Of a stretch of 64,000 bases of DNA, positions 45,679 to 57,272 are shown piece after piece (the first letter of the stretch is position 1; the number at the start of each line of letters is the position of its first letter). The DNA is from Phycisphaeraceae bacterium. Its GTDB lineage: Bacteria; Planctomycetota; Phycisphaerae; Phycisphaerales; UBA1924. The notes beneath the pieces were generated by a model. It saw only the letters and a program-made list of their open reading frames with translations. It was not told where the DNA came from and made no database searches. Where the stretch lies: the NCBI GenBank assembly GCA_023898685.1, contig CP060234.1:2569945-2633944 (forward strand). The letters are read 5' to 3'. The translations under genes and the position numbers were made by a program.

Positions 45679-47403
45679 ATGGCTTCGACCACCGCCTTCT
45701 ACACGGCCCTGAGCGGGCTCAACGCCCACGCCCGCAAGCTCGACGTCATCGGCAACAACATCGCCAACGTCAACACGACGTCGTACAAGCAGACGCGGCT
45801 CAACCTCGAGAACCGCTTCCCGCGCAACTACAGGCCGGGGCACGAGCCGGGCGACACGATCGGGGGCACCAACCCCTACCAGATCGGGCTCGGCGTCGGG
45901 ATCTCGGGCACACAGCGGAGTTTCACCACCGGGTCGATCTCGCCCACGGGTGACCCGCTCGACGTCGCGATCGACGGCGACGGGTTCTTCCTTGTGCAGA
46001 GCGGCGACAACACCTACTACACCCGCAACGGGGCGCTGCACCAGGACGCCAACAGCGACCTTGTCGCGGTCAACGGGGAGAAGATCCTCGGCTACGGCGT
46101 CGACTCGGACTACAACGTGGTCGAGGACACGCTCGCGCCGATCAACCTGCCGATCGGCGGACTCCAGATCGCCGAACCCACGACGCTGGCGCACTTCGCT
46201 GGCAATCTCAACGCGGGCGGCGACGAGGCCACGGCGGGCAGCGTCACACGCCTGCTCGCGACCGCGACGGGAGGATTCGAGACGCTCGACGGCGACCCCG
46301 CCGCCTCGACGACGGCGCTGACCGACATCGCCGACCCGGGCACGAGCGGGGCGCTCTTCGCCGTGGGGCAGACCATCCGCCTGGACGGCGCCACGCGGGG
46401 CGGGGCGCAGGTGCCGACCGTCGAGCTGGATATCGCCGCCGAGACGACCATCGCCGATCTGCTCTCGTTCCTGGACACCTATCTGGGCGTCCACGACACG
46501 GATACGGCCAACCCCGACGGGCTGTACCCCGGCGCGACGATCGACCCGGACACGGGCATCATCACGGTGGTGGGCAACACCGGCGCCAACTCGACGATCG
46601 AGATCGACCCCTCGGACCTCAAGCTGATCGACGAGGACGGCTCGCTCGCCGCCCTGCCGTTCGTCACCAGCAACGACTCGGCGTCGACGGGCGAGAGCGA
46701 TCGCAGCGGGCTGATCGTCTACGACTCGCTGGGCAACGCGGTCGAGGTCTCGGTGCAGTTCACGCTCGAATCGAAGACGGCCAGCGGGACGACCTGGCGC
46801 TACGACCTGTTCAGCCCGGACAACGAGGGCGGGGGGCAGTACCTCTCGTCCGGAACCGTTGACTTTGACTCGATCGGGGCGCTGGTCGCGAACGATCCGA
46901 TCACCGTGAGCGTGAGCCGGGCGGGCACCGGCGCGGTCACGCCGCTCACCTTCACGATGCTGCTGAGCAGCGACGACGGCCGCATGACGGCTCTGGCCGA
47001 CAACCCGTCGCAATTCAGCCCGGTGTTCCGCGACGGCGTGCCGACGGGAACACTCGAGCAGTTTGCGATCAACGACGACGGGCTGATCATCGGTGCGTTC
47101 GACAACGGCGTGACGCGGACACTGGGCCAGATCGCCCTGGCGAGGTTCATCAACAATCAGGGGTTGGTCGACGAGGGCGGCTCGCTCTACAACGTCGGCC
47201 CGAACAGCGGCGAGCCGACCGTGTACACACCGGGCGAGGGGGCGACCGGCCCGTTGGTGACCGGGGCGCTCGAACTCTCCAACGTCGACCTGGGCCAGGA
47301 GTTCATCGACCTGATCCTGACCAGCACGGGCTACTCGGCCTCATCCCGCGTCATCCAGACGACCGATCAGCTCATGCAGCAGTTGCTGGTGCTGGGCCGG
47401 TAG
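45679..47403 (+). CDS. flgE: Flagellar hook protein FlgE
   Basis: N-terminal FYTALSGLNAHARKLDVIGNNIANVNTTSYK and C-terminal GALELSNVDLGQEFIDLILTSTGYSASSRVIQTTDQLMQQLL. Confidence 0.9.
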   Translation: MASTTAFYTALSGLNAHARKLDVIGNNIANVNTTSYKQTRLNLENRFPRNYRPGHEPGDTIGGTNPYQIGLGVGISGTQRSFTTGSISPTGDPLDVAIDGDGFFLVQSGDNTYYTRNGALHQDANSDLVAVNGEKILGYGVDSDYNVVEDTLAPINLPIGGLQIAEPTTLAHFAGNLNAGGDEATAGSVTRLLATATGGFETLDGDPAASTTALTDIADPGTSGALFAVGQTIRLDGATRGGAQVPTVELDIAAETTIADLLSFLDTYLGVHDTDTANPDGLYPGATIDPDTGIITVVGNTGANSTIEIDPSDLKLIDEDGSLAALPFVTSNDSASTGESDRSGLIVYDSLGNAVEVSVQFTLESKTASGTTWRYDLFSPDNEGGGQYLSSGTVDFDSIGALVANDPITVSVSRAGTGAVTPLTFTMLLSSDDGRMTALADNPSQFSPVFRDGVPTGTLEQFAINDDGLIIGAFDNGVTRTLGQIALARFINNQGLVDEGGSLYNVGPNSGEPTVYTPGEGATGPLVTGALELSNVDLGQEFIDLILTSTGYSASSRVIQTTDQLMQQLLVLGR

Positions 47404-47438
47404 GACGTGGCGGGGCGGGCCCCGGGGAAGGCGACGCG

Positions 47439-47636
47439 ATGATCGGGGTGACCAGGCTCAACGGCGACCGGTTCGTGCTCAACGCCGACCTGATCCGGAC
47501 GGTCGAGGAGAACCCCGACACCGTCATCACCCTCGTCAACGGCGAGCACCTGGTCGTCAAGGAACGGATGGAAGAGATTGTCCGGCTGGTGATCGAATAC
47601 GGCCGCCACCTGCGCCGGCTGATCCCGCCGGGCTGA
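47439..47636 (+). CDS. flbD: Flagellar protein FlbD
   Basis: 65 aa. MIGVTRLNGDRFVLNADLIRTVEENPDTVITLVNGEHLVVKE is the FlbD family pattern. Confidence 0.85.
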   Translation: MIGVTRLNGDRFVLNADLIRTVEENPDTVITLVNGEHLVVKERMEEIVRLVIEYGRHLRRLIPPG

Positions 47637-47817
47637 TCCGCCGGCCCGAACGGGCCTCCGCGGCGTCGGGGTACTCCGATAACCCCCGTGGGTCCGGGTC
47701 ACGTGATCTGACTCGTCGCGAGGCGGCCCGAGGGGAGGGGACGCGTCAAGTGAGACCGCGATCCCGTCGATGCTCCGGGAGGCATGAGGCCCGGTGCGTC
47801 AACGCGGAGGGTGTCGC

Positions 47818-48591
47818 GTGGATATCGGAACACTCGCAGGGTTGGGGATCGCGATCGTCGCCATTGCGCTGTCGATCGTGCTGGGCGGCGGGAATCCCGC
47901 CGCGCTGATCAACATCCCGTCGATTCTCGTGGTGTTCGGGGGGACGGCCGGCGCGATCCTCGCGTCCTACCCGATGGCGAGCGTGCTCAAGATCCACACC
48001 GTCATCCTCAAGTCCGTGTTCGGTGTGCCGGGCAACCCGGCCAAGACGATCAGGGACCTCGTCGGCTACGCCGAGATCGCCCGCCGCGAGGGCATCCTCA
48101 GCCTGGAGAACCACGTCGAGGACATGGACGACCCGTTCATCGTCCGCGGCATCAAGATGGCGGTCGACGGGACCGACCCCGAGCTGATCCGCACGATCCT
48201 CGACACCGAGCTCGAGGCGCTGATGGACCGGCACGCCCAGGGCAAGGCGATCCTCGACACGACCGGCAAGATGGCGCCCGCGTTCGGCATGATCGGCACG
48301 CTGATGGGCCTGATCTTCATGCTCCAGAACATGGATGACCCCTCGGCGATCGGCCCGGGCATGGCGGTGGCGCTCATCACCACGCTGTATGGGGCGCTCA
48401 TCGCCAACTGCGTCACGGGCCCGATTGCGGAGAAGCTCGCCGCCAACGACGCGGACGAGGTGCTGGTCAAGACGATCGTGATCGCGGGCGTGATGTCGAT
48501 CCAGTCGGGCGACAACCCGCGTGTGGTCGAGAGCAAGCTGATGACCTATCTGCCCCCGGCGACCCGGGCGGCGATGGAAGCGGCGGCCTGA
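47818..48591 (+). CDS. motA: Flagellar stator protein MotA
   Basis: GTG 47818 gives VDIGTLAGLGIAIVAIALSIVLGG. The MotA/TolQ/ExbB channel region is APAFGMIGTLMGLI...MAVALITTLYGALIAN. Confidence 0.9.
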   Translation: MDIGTLAGLGIAIVAIALSIVLGGGNPAALINIPSILVVFGGTAGAILASYPMASVLKIHTVILKSVFGVPGNPAKTIRDLVGYAEIARREGILSLENHVEDMDDPFIVRGIKMAVDGTDPELIRTILDTELEALMDRHAQGKAILDTTGKMAPAFGMIGTLMGLIFMLQNMDDPSAIGPGMAVALITTLYGALIANCVTGPIAEKLAANDADEVLVKTIVIAGVMSIQSGDNPRVVESKLMTYLPPATRAAMEAAA

Positions 48592-48604
48592 CGCGGGAGG
48601 GCCG

Positions 48605-49342
48605 GTGGCCAAGCGGAAGCAGCAATCCGGCGGTGATATCCCCGAGTGGGTGGTGACCTACGGGGACATGATGTCGCTGCTGCTCTGCTTCTTCATCCTC
48701 CTGGCGGCATTCAGCGAGATGAAGCAGCCGCACGAGTTCCAGAAGGTGCTCGAGAAGATCAAGGAGGCGCTGGGCTCGGTCGGCGGCATGGGCAAGGCCG
48801 ACGTGCTGGGCAGCCCGGCGAATTCCGCGACGACCCTGCTGGAGGAGATCCGCAACCGGGGCGGCGACGGCCAGTTCATGGCCCAGAACAACCAGTCCAA
48901 CGTTTCGGGCATGCACCCGGACGTCAGCATTGTCCAGGACGGCAATCACCACGCCATCGGTGGGTCGTTCGCGTTCCCGGCGGGCAAGACGACCCTGAGC
49001 GTCGATCTCGAGCAGAAGCTCCGCAAGGAGGTCGTCGATCTGATCAAGGACCGGCGGAACATCGTCCGGATCGTGGGTCACTCGTACGGCTTCCAGGATC
49101 AGACCGCGGGCGATCACCTCCACGTGGGCTTCGAGCGCGCGATGGCGGTGTATTCCTACCTCGTCGACGAGTGCGGGATCGATCCGAAGGTCCTTCGCGT
49201 GGTCTCGGCGGGCGACTCGGAGCCGATGACGGGAGCGGGCGGCGACACGGCGCAAAACCGGCGCGTGCAGATCTACATGACCGACCAGACCATCGACCAG
49301 GTGCACCCCGACCCGGACGGGACGGGGCGGGACCGGGAGTGA
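48605..49342 (+). CDS. motB: Flagellar stator protein MotB (OmpA-like C-domain)
   Basis: PEWVVTYGDMMSLLLCFFILL carries the conserved Asp in the TM helix. The C-terminal OmpA-like segment is IVGHS...FERAMAVYSYL...NRRVQIYM. Confidence 0.85.
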   Translation: MAKRKQQSGGDIPEWVVTYGDMMSLLLCFFILLAAFSEMKQPHEFQKVLEKIKEALGSVGGMGKADVLGSPANSATTLLEEIRNRGGDGQFMAQNNQSNVSGMHPDVSIVQDGNHHAIGGSFAFPAGKTTLSVDLEQKLRKEVVDLIKDRRNIVRIVGHSYGFQDQTAGDHLHVGFERAMAVYSYLVDECGIDPKVLRVVSAGDSEPMTGAGGDTAQNRRVQIYMTDQTIDQVHPDPDGTGRDRE

Positions 49343-49357
49343 ACGGAGGACCGCGGC

Positions 49358-49879
49358 ATGGCGGACGAGGAGAAGAACACCGAGCAGGCCGAGGCGCCGA
49401 AGAAGAAGAGCCCGCTGATCCTCTTCGGGGTCGTGGGGGTCCTGATGCTCCTCGAGGCGCTGGGCGTCTACGTCGTCATGAGCCTGGGCGGGCCGCAGTC
49501 ATCGCAGGCCGACACGCTGGTGGCGCCCGAGAACGAGGACGAGAAGATCACCGAGGTGCTGCTGGTCGAGGACCGGTTCATCAACATCTCGACCGGGCGC
49601 GTCTGGCAGTGGCAGGCGACGATCCACCTCCGGGTGAAGAACAAGAATCTCGACTGGGTCAACGCCGAGCTGGAAGAGCGTCAGGCGGAGATCAAGGAGG
49701 GCGTCGCCGAGATCATCGCCAGCGCGCAGGATCGCCACCTCCGCGAGCCCCGGCGTGAGACGGTCAAGCGGCAGCTGACGGCGTACGTGAACCAGATCTT
49801 CGGTGTCGACGGGAACGGCGAGAACCGCGTCGAGGGGATCGTGATCTCGCGGTGGCTGCCGGCGCCGCTCGACTACTAG
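49358..49879 (+). CDS. fliL: Flagellar basal body-associated protein FliL
   Basis: Charged N-terminus, single TM helix (LILFGVVGVLMLLEALGVYVV), then a FliL-type periplasmic domain (...ATIHLRVKNKN...EIKEGVAEIIAS...KRQLTAYVNQIFG). Confidence 0.75.
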   Translation: MADEEKNTEQAEAPKKKSPLILFGVVGVLMLLEALGVYVVMSLGGPQSSQADTLVAPENEDEKITEVLLVEDRFINISTGRVWQWQATIHLRVKNKNLDWVNAELEERQAEIKEGVAEIIASAQDRHLREPRRETVKRQLTAYVNQIFGVDGNGENRVEGIVISRWLPAPLDY

Positions 49880-50075
49880 TCCTGGTGAACGCGGCATCAA
49901 CCGACCGGCGGCCTGCCGGAGCGGGGTCTGCATGGGCGACCTGGCGCGGATTCTGCGCTCTGGGCGCGGACACCGTGGCCTGATCGGCAAAGTTTGAGCC
50001 ACGGGGGCGGGCGCGGCCGATGGAGAGTCGGGATGCGCAGCCCCGAGAGGCTGCGCCGCAGGGCAGGAGGCCCGC

Positions 50076-50753
50076 ATGAGCGACGAAGACCGCACGCCCG
50101 CGCCAGACGAAGAGCCGATATCGCCGGATGACCAGTCGGCGGGGGCGGGCGGCGACGAACCCGAGAGCGAATCCGAGGCGTCGAGCGCTCCCGAGGCGGC
50201 GGGTGACCAGGGACCGGAGGCCGCCGCGGACCCCGATCCGGGTGATGCCGCGGCGCGGGCGCTCGCGGCGGCCCAGGCCGCTATCGCGGACGCGATGGGG
50301 GGCGCCGACGCCGACGCCACGGACGGCGAGGAGCCCACGCCGGAGGAGCTCGAGATGCTGGCCGCCATGCAGCAGGCGGTCTCCGAGAGCACCTCGTCGA
50401 CGGCGCAGGTGGTGGGGAGCGGGCAGGCGACGGGGGAAGCCCCGACGCCGTTCACGGTGCCGACCTTCGCGCCATCGTCACCGGCGGGCCGGAACGCGGA
50501 GATGGAGCTGCTGGGCGATGTCAACGTCGATGTCCGGATCGAACTCGGGCGGACCCGGATGCTGGTCGAGGACGTCCTTCGTCTGGGCGAGGGGGCGGTT
50601 GTCGAGCTCGAGAAGCTGGCGGGCGATCCCGTCGACGTGTATGTGAACGGTCGTCACGTCGCGCGGGGGGAGGTGCTCGTGCTGAACGAGAGCTTCTGTG
50701 TGCGCGTCAACGAGGTGCTCGAGCCGCTGCCGACGAGCCGGCAGACGGACTGA
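50076..50753 (+). CDS. fliN: Flagellar motor switch protein FliN with long acidic N-terminal extension
   Basis: C-terminal SpoA domain [70 protein letters not shown]. The N-terminal ~140 aa are D/E/A/P-rich. Confidence 0.85.
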   Translation: MSDEDRTPAPDEEPISPDDQSAGAGGDEPESESEASSAPEAAGDQGPEAAADPDPGDAAARALAAAQAAIADAMGGADADATDGEEPTPEELEMLAAMQQAVSESTSSTAQVVGSGQATGEAPTPFTVPTFAPSSPAGRNAEMELLGDVNVDVRIELGRTRMLVEDVLRLGEGAVVELEKLAGDPVDVYVNGRHVARGEVLVLNESFCVRVNEVLEPLPTSRQTD

Positions 50754-50819
50754 ACGACAGTGGGCCGCGCGGGATGCGCGGACCCGGCGCCTTGGCGCCG
50801 AACTCGCCAGGATGGCGGC

Positions 50820-51548
50820 ATGGGTGGCTTGTTGCGGACAACACGGGCGGGGTGGGTCGTCGCGCTGTGCATCGTGGCGACGGCCGCCGCCGCGGCCGGC
50901 ACGGAAGCGCTCCCCCTGGGCGCGGCATCTGGGGCAAGGCCGGGCGAGGTCGCCGATCCCGAAGCCGACCATGACACCCAAGGCGGTTCGACACTCGATC
51001 TCGGCGGGGCCGCCCGGACGGTGCTCTCGCTCGGTTTCGTGCTGAGTCTCGCGGTGCTCGCGGCGGTGGGGGCCAAGAAGCTCTCGAAGGGGCGGGGCGG
51101 GCTGCTGGGGGCGCTGGGGCCGGGCGGGCCTTCGCCCTCGGGCGTGCTCGAGATCATGGGGCGCTACCCGGTGGGGGCGGGGCAGACGCTGGTCCTGCTG
51201 CGGCTCGATCGCCGCCTGCTGCTGGTCCACCAGACGACCGGCCGGCGCGGGGCGCAGATGCGCACGCTCTGCGAGATCGCCGACCCGGACGAGGTCGCGT
51301 CGGTCCTGCTCAAGACGCGCGAGGCCCAGGACGAGGCGGTGCAGACGGGGTTCCGCGAGGCGATGCGCCGGCTCGAGACCGATTTTTCCGCGTTCGACGA
51401 GCCTGCTCCGCCGACGCGAGCGACGCTGGCGAACGACGAGGGCGACCGGGTCGAGCTGCTGCGCGAGCCGCTGGAAGGGACGAACGGGGCCGACATCGTG
51501 ACGCTGCGATCTCGCCTGCATCGCTTCATCGAGGGGGCCCGGGCATGA
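50820..51548 (+). CDS. fliO: FliO/FliZ-like flagellar biosynthesis protein (unusually long)
   Basis: TM helices WVVALCIVATAAAAAG and VLSLGFVLSLAVLAAVGA, then LEIMGRYPVGAGQTLVLLRLDRRLLLVHQT (FliO core). It lies directly upstream of and overlapping fliP. The start is uncertain (track start 50760). Confidence 0.55.
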   Translation: MGGLLRTTRAGWVVALCIVATAAAAAGTEALPLGAASGARPGEVADPEADHDTQGGSTLDLGGAARTVLSLGFVLSLAVLAAVGAKKLSKGRGGLLGALGPGGPSPSGVLEIMGRYPVGAGQTLVLLRLDRRLLLVHQTTGRRGAQMRTLCEIADPDEVASVLLKTREAQDEAVQTGFREAMRRLETDFSAFDEPAPPTRATLANDEGDRVELLREPLEGTNGADIVTLRSRLHRFIEGARA

Positions 51549-52657
51549 GCGCGGTGGGCCGCGTCATCCTTTCCCTGCTCGTCTTGATGACGATGGCGGC
51601 GGTGGCTCCGGGCCAGACGCTCGGGCCGACGGCGCCCTGGGACGAGACCCCGGCCCAATCGACGCTCGGGCCCTCGCTCTGGGCGCCGCCCGCGCGGCCC
51701 AACCCCGCGAGCCTCCTGGGCGACGCGGTGTCGCTCTTCGCGCGGGCGAGCGACGTGCAGGGCGGGGCGGTGACCAACGGGGCGGCGACGGCCGACGCGA
51801 GCGGGGGCGAGGAGCACAAGGGATTCAGCGTTGCGCTGAACATCATGCTGCTGCTGACGGTGATCACGCTGGTCCCGTCGGTGATGGTGATGACGACCTG
51901 CTTCGTGCGCATTCTTATTGTCCTGGCGCTGCTGCGACAGGCGATCGGGACGCAGGCGATCCCGCCCGCCCAGGTTGTCACGGGGCTCGCGCTCTTTCTC
52001 ACCGCGATGGTGATGGCCCCGACGATCGACCGCGTCTGGGACGAGGCGGTCGTGCCGTACAACAACGGCGAGATCAGCGACTACGGCGAGCTGTGGGACA
52101 AGGCCAAGCAGCCCTTGCGAGATTACATGTTCGACCAGATCGAGGCGACCGGCAATTGGTCGAGCGTCTACATGCTGCTCAACTACCGCGGCGTCGACAC
52201 GTCCGACCCGAGCGAGATGACACGGGCCGACGTCGACATGACCGTGCTCGTGCCGGCCTACATGCTCAGCGAGCTCAAAGTGGGGTTCCTGATGGGCTTC
52301 CGGGTCTACCTGCCCTTCCTCGTGATCGATATGGTCATCGCGAGCATCCTGATCTCGATGAGCATGATGATGCTGCCCCCGGTGCTCATCAGCCTGCCGT
52401 TCAAGCTGCTGCTGTTCGTGCTCGTCGACGGGTGGACACTCGTGGTCGGCAGCTTGCTCGAGAGCTTCGTGCAGGACGGCACGAGCGAGCGCACCTCGGC
52501 CCAGGCGGCGATGTTGCCGTTGCTGCTGATCCCGGTCGCCGTGAGAGGGGCCCGAGCGCGAGCGAGGGTGCCACAAGGGCAAATCGAAGTCCCTCGATTG
52601 GGCAAGCGGCGCCCTCGCTTGCGATTGGGCCTTCATCGCATCGGGGAAGGGAGGTAA
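51545..52657 (+). CDS. fliP: Flagellar export gate protein FliP (with N- and C-terminal extensions)
   Basis: The core is LNIMLLLTVITLVPSVMVMTTCFVRILIVLALLRQAIGTQ...FLVIDMVIASILISMSMMMLPP...LVDGWTLVVGSLLESF. The ORF continues ~62 aa beyond the usual FliP end, through a REP-A-like repeat. Confidence 0.9.
   Translation: MSAVGRVILSLLVLMTMAAVAPGQTLGPTAPWDETPAQSTLGPSLWAPPARPNPASLLGDAVSLFARASDVQGGAVTNGAATADASGGEEHKGFSVALNIMLLLTVITLVPSVMVMTTCFVRILIVLALLRQAIGTQAIPPAQVVTGLALFLTAMVMAPTIDRVWDEAVVPYNNGEISDYGELWDKAKQPLRDYMFDQIEATGNWSSVYMLLNYRGVDTSDPSEMTRADVDMTVLVPAYMLSELKVGFLMGFRVYLPFLVIDMVIASILISMSMMMLPPVLISLPFKLLLFVLVDGWTLVVGSLLESFVQDGTSERTSAQAAMLPLLLIPVAVRGARARARVPQGQIEVPRLGKRRPRLRLGLHRIGEGR
52549..52631. 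repeat. REP-A-like palindromic element (variant), fliP 3' end / fliP-fliQ junction
   Basis: GGCCCGAGCGCGAGCGAGGGTGCC, a loop, then GGCGCCCTCGCTTGCGATTGGGCC. It shares the GAGCGCGAGCGA core of REP-A, but the outer arms differ. Confidence 0.55.
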
Positions 52658-52660
52658 CCG

Positions 52661-52918
52661 GTGGCCTACGACGAATCCGCTGTGTACGTCGTGCGTGAGA
52701 CGCTGCTCGTGGCGCTGATGATCTCGGCCCCGATCCTGCTCTCCGGCGTGGTCGTGGGCCTTCTGATCTCGCTGATCCAGTCGGTGACGAGCGTGCAGGA
52801 CCAGACGCTGACGTTTGTTCCCAAGATCGCGGCGATGATCGTCATCGCGGCGATCCTGCTCCCCTGGATCGTGATGCGGCTCATCGAGTTCGCCACCCAG
52901 ATGTTCTTGCTCTTCTAG
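52661..52918 (+). CDS. fliQ: Flagellar export gate protein FliQ
   Basis: 85 aa. LLVALMISAPILLSGVVVGLLISLIQSVTSVQDQTLTFVPKIAAM is the FliQ signature. GTG start preceded by GGAGG. Confidence 0.9.
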   Translation: MAYDESAVYVVRETLLVALMISAPILLSGVVVGLLISLIQSVTSVQDQTLTFVPKIAAMIVIAAILLPWIVMRLIEFATQMFLLF

Positions 52919-52935
52919 GGACGCAGAGGTGAGCG

Positions 52936-53721
52936 GTGCCAGACGTCTCGGCCTTCATCCAGCACTTCGGCCCCTGGCTGCTCGTGTTCAACCGCGTGCT
53001 GGGCGTGTTCATCTTCACGCCACTGCTCGCGAGCGGGGCGGTGCCCGTGCGGTTCAGGGTGTTGCTGGCGGCGGGCTTCGCGGCGGCGGTGTACGGCTTC
53101 CTGCCCCCCGAGCTGCGCGAGATGCCCCGGGCGACGCTGGCCGAGCACGCGTTCATGATGTTCTCGGAGGTCATGGCGGGCGCCGCGATCGGGTTCATCG
53201 CGGGCCTGCCGGTCGTCACGATGGAGATGGCGGGCCACCTGATGGGCCACCAGATGGCCCTCTCGCTCGCCCAGTCGTACAACCCCGAGCTCGAAACCAA
53301 CATGAACGCGATCGGCTCGATGCTGTTCTACATGGGCATGTCGGCGTTCATCCTCCTGGGCGGGGCCGACGAGGTGCTGCTGATCCTGGCCCGGTCGTTC
53401 GAGACGCTGCCGATGGGGGGGCTCGCGGCGGGCGACGCGCCTGTTTCGGTCGTGCTTGCGGTGCTGAGCTCGGGGACGGAGATCGCCATGCGGGTCTCGG
53501 CCCCGGTGCTCGCGATCATCCTCGTCGTGCTGGTGGCGATGGGGTTCATCATGAAGACGATGCCGCAGATCAACGTGCTCTCGATCGGCTTCGCGATCAA
53601 GATTCTGGGCGGGCTGTCGATCCTGACGCTCGCGCTGTTCACAATCAACACCGTGATCTCGGGGCATGTCGAGCAGACGCTGAACGCGGTCGAGATGTGG
53701 GTCGCGGGGCTGGGCCGGTGA
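52936..53721 (+). CDS. fliR: Flagellar export gate protein FliR
   Basis: 261 aa and polytopic. LLVFNRVLGVFIFTPLL...MAGAAIGFIAGL...MPQINVLSIGFAIKILGG is FliR-like. Confidence 0.9.
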   Translation: MPDVSAFIQHFGPWLLVFNRVLGVFIFTPLLASGAVPVRFRVLLAAGFAAAVYGFLPPELREMPRATLAEHAFMMFSEVMAGAAIGFIAGLPVVTMEMAGHLMGHQMALSLAQSYNPELETNMNAIGSMLFYMGMSAFILLGGADEVLLILARSFETLPMGGLAAGDAPVSVVLAVLSSGTEIAMRVSAPVLAIILVVLVAMGFIMKTMPQINVLSIGFAIKILGGLSILTLALFTINTVISGHVEQTLNAVEMWVAGLGR

Positions 53722-53730
53722 GGGAGGGCC

Positions 53731-54822
53731 ATGGCTGAGTCGCTGGGCGAAAAAACCGAGGAAGCGACGCCGAAGAAGCTCGAACAGGCGCGCGAGCGAG
53801 GGCAGGTCGCCAAGAGCCAGGACCTGGCGGGCGCCCTGAGCCTGTCGGTCGCCACCGTGCTCATCGTCGCCTACGGGGGCGTCGTGTTCGAGCGGTCGGC
53901 GCTGCTCATCCGCTCGGTGCTCGAAAGCCAGATCACCGGCGCCCCTCTCGACGCCCGCGACATGATGGCGTCGTTCATCAGCGCCATGACCACGGCCTGC
54001 ATCATGGTGGCGCCTGTGCTTGTCGTCACCTTCATCGCGGCCTACGTGGTCAACGTCTTCCAGATCGGGTTCCTCTTCACAACCAAGCCGCTCGCGCCCG
54101 ACCTCAGCAAGCTCAACCCAGCCAAGGGTGTCCAGAAGCTGTTCGACACCCAGAACATGGTCAAGTCGGGCGTGAACATGATCAAGCTCGCCGCGGCGAT
54201 CTGGATCACGTGGGGCCTGGTCGGCTCGAGGCTCGAGCGGCTCGCGGCGCTGCCTTCGCTGGGCATCCGCGGCGGGATGTGGATGATCGGCGTGACGCTG
54301 CTCGAGATCGCGGCGGTCCTGTCGCTGCTGCTGCTCATCCTGGGCATCGTCGACTGGATCTACCAGCGCTGGCAGTTCAAACGCAACATGCGGATGACCA
54401 AGCAGGAGGTCAAGGAAGAGCGGCGGAGCATGGAGGGCGACGTCGAGGTCAAGCGCCGCCGGATGCGGATGTACGGCGAGATCACACGCCAGCAGATCCG
54501 AGCGGGCACGCCCACCGCCGACGTGATCGTGACCAACCCGACGCACTACTCGGTCGCGATCCGCTACGACGGCGAGACGATGGACGCCCCGACCGTGGTC
54601 GCCAAGGGGGCCGACCTGCTCGCGTTCCAGATCCGCCAGATCGCCTCGGCCTGCGGCATCCCGCTGGTCGAGCGCCCCCCTCTAGCGAGGGCGCTGTATC
54701 ACGGCACGAACGTGGGAGAGCAGATCGCACCGGAGCACTACGCGGCGGTGGCCGAGGTGCTCGCGTACGTGTATCGCCTCGATGCGGACGCGAGGCGCCG
54801 GGAGGGGGTCGGCGCGGCATGA
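53731..54822 (+). CDS. flhB: Flagellar export switch protein FlhB
   Basis: N-terminal EKTEEATPKKLEQARERGQVAKSQDL, KMTKQEVKEERRSMEGDVEVKRR, and the autocleavage site NPTHYSVAIRY. Confidence 0.9.
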   Translation: MAESLGEKTEEATPKKLEQARERGQVAKSQDLAGALSLSVATVLIVAYGGVVFERSALLIRSVLESQITGAPLDARDMMASFISAMTTACIMVAPVLVVTFIAAYVVNVFQIGFLFTTKPLAPDLSKLNPAKGVQKLFDTQNMVKSGVNMIKLAAAIWITWGLVGSRLERLAALPSLGIRGGMWMIGVTLLEIAAVLSLLLLILGIVDWIYQRWQFKRNMRMTKQEVKEERRSMEGDVEVKRRRMRMYGEITRQQIRAGTPTADVIVTNPTHYSVAIRYDGETMDAPTVVAKGADLLAFQIRQIASACGIPLVERPPLARALYHGTNVGEQIAPEHYAAVAEVLAYVYRLDADARRREGVGAA

Positions 54823-54851
54823 CGAAGCAACGCCTGTCAGGCAGGATGAAT

Positions 54852-54938
54852 GGAGCCCTGAGCGTGAGCGACCGGCCGAAGTGCAAGGGGATTCGTGAGC
54901 ACCCGCCCGCTCGGCCCATCGCTGACGCTCCGGGCTCC
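54852..54938. repeat. REP-A palindromic element (copy 7), flhB-flhA intergenic
   Basis: GGAGCCCTGAGCGTGAGCGACCGGCCG, a loop, then CGGCCCATCGCTGACGCTCCGGGCTCC. Confidence 0.8.
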
Positions 54939-54959
54939 TTGGGAGGCACACGCTGACGC

Positions 54960-57152
<2,193 letters not shown>

Positions 57153-57272
57153 ACGAGGCCCCCGCGGTCCTGATTGATCTGGTAGACTCCGCCGTCGGAC
57201 AGGATGTCCGGCTGCGATTCGCGTTCCACGTGTGTGGATGTGCGACGATCAGGTCTGCCAGGGACGGCCGCG

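Noticed and set aside
47675-47682. TCCGATAA upstream of motA as a sigma-28 -10 element
   Set aside because: There is no TAAA-like -35 element at the appropriate ~15-nt spacing. A single 8-mer is too weak, and motA may simply be co-transcribed with flbD.
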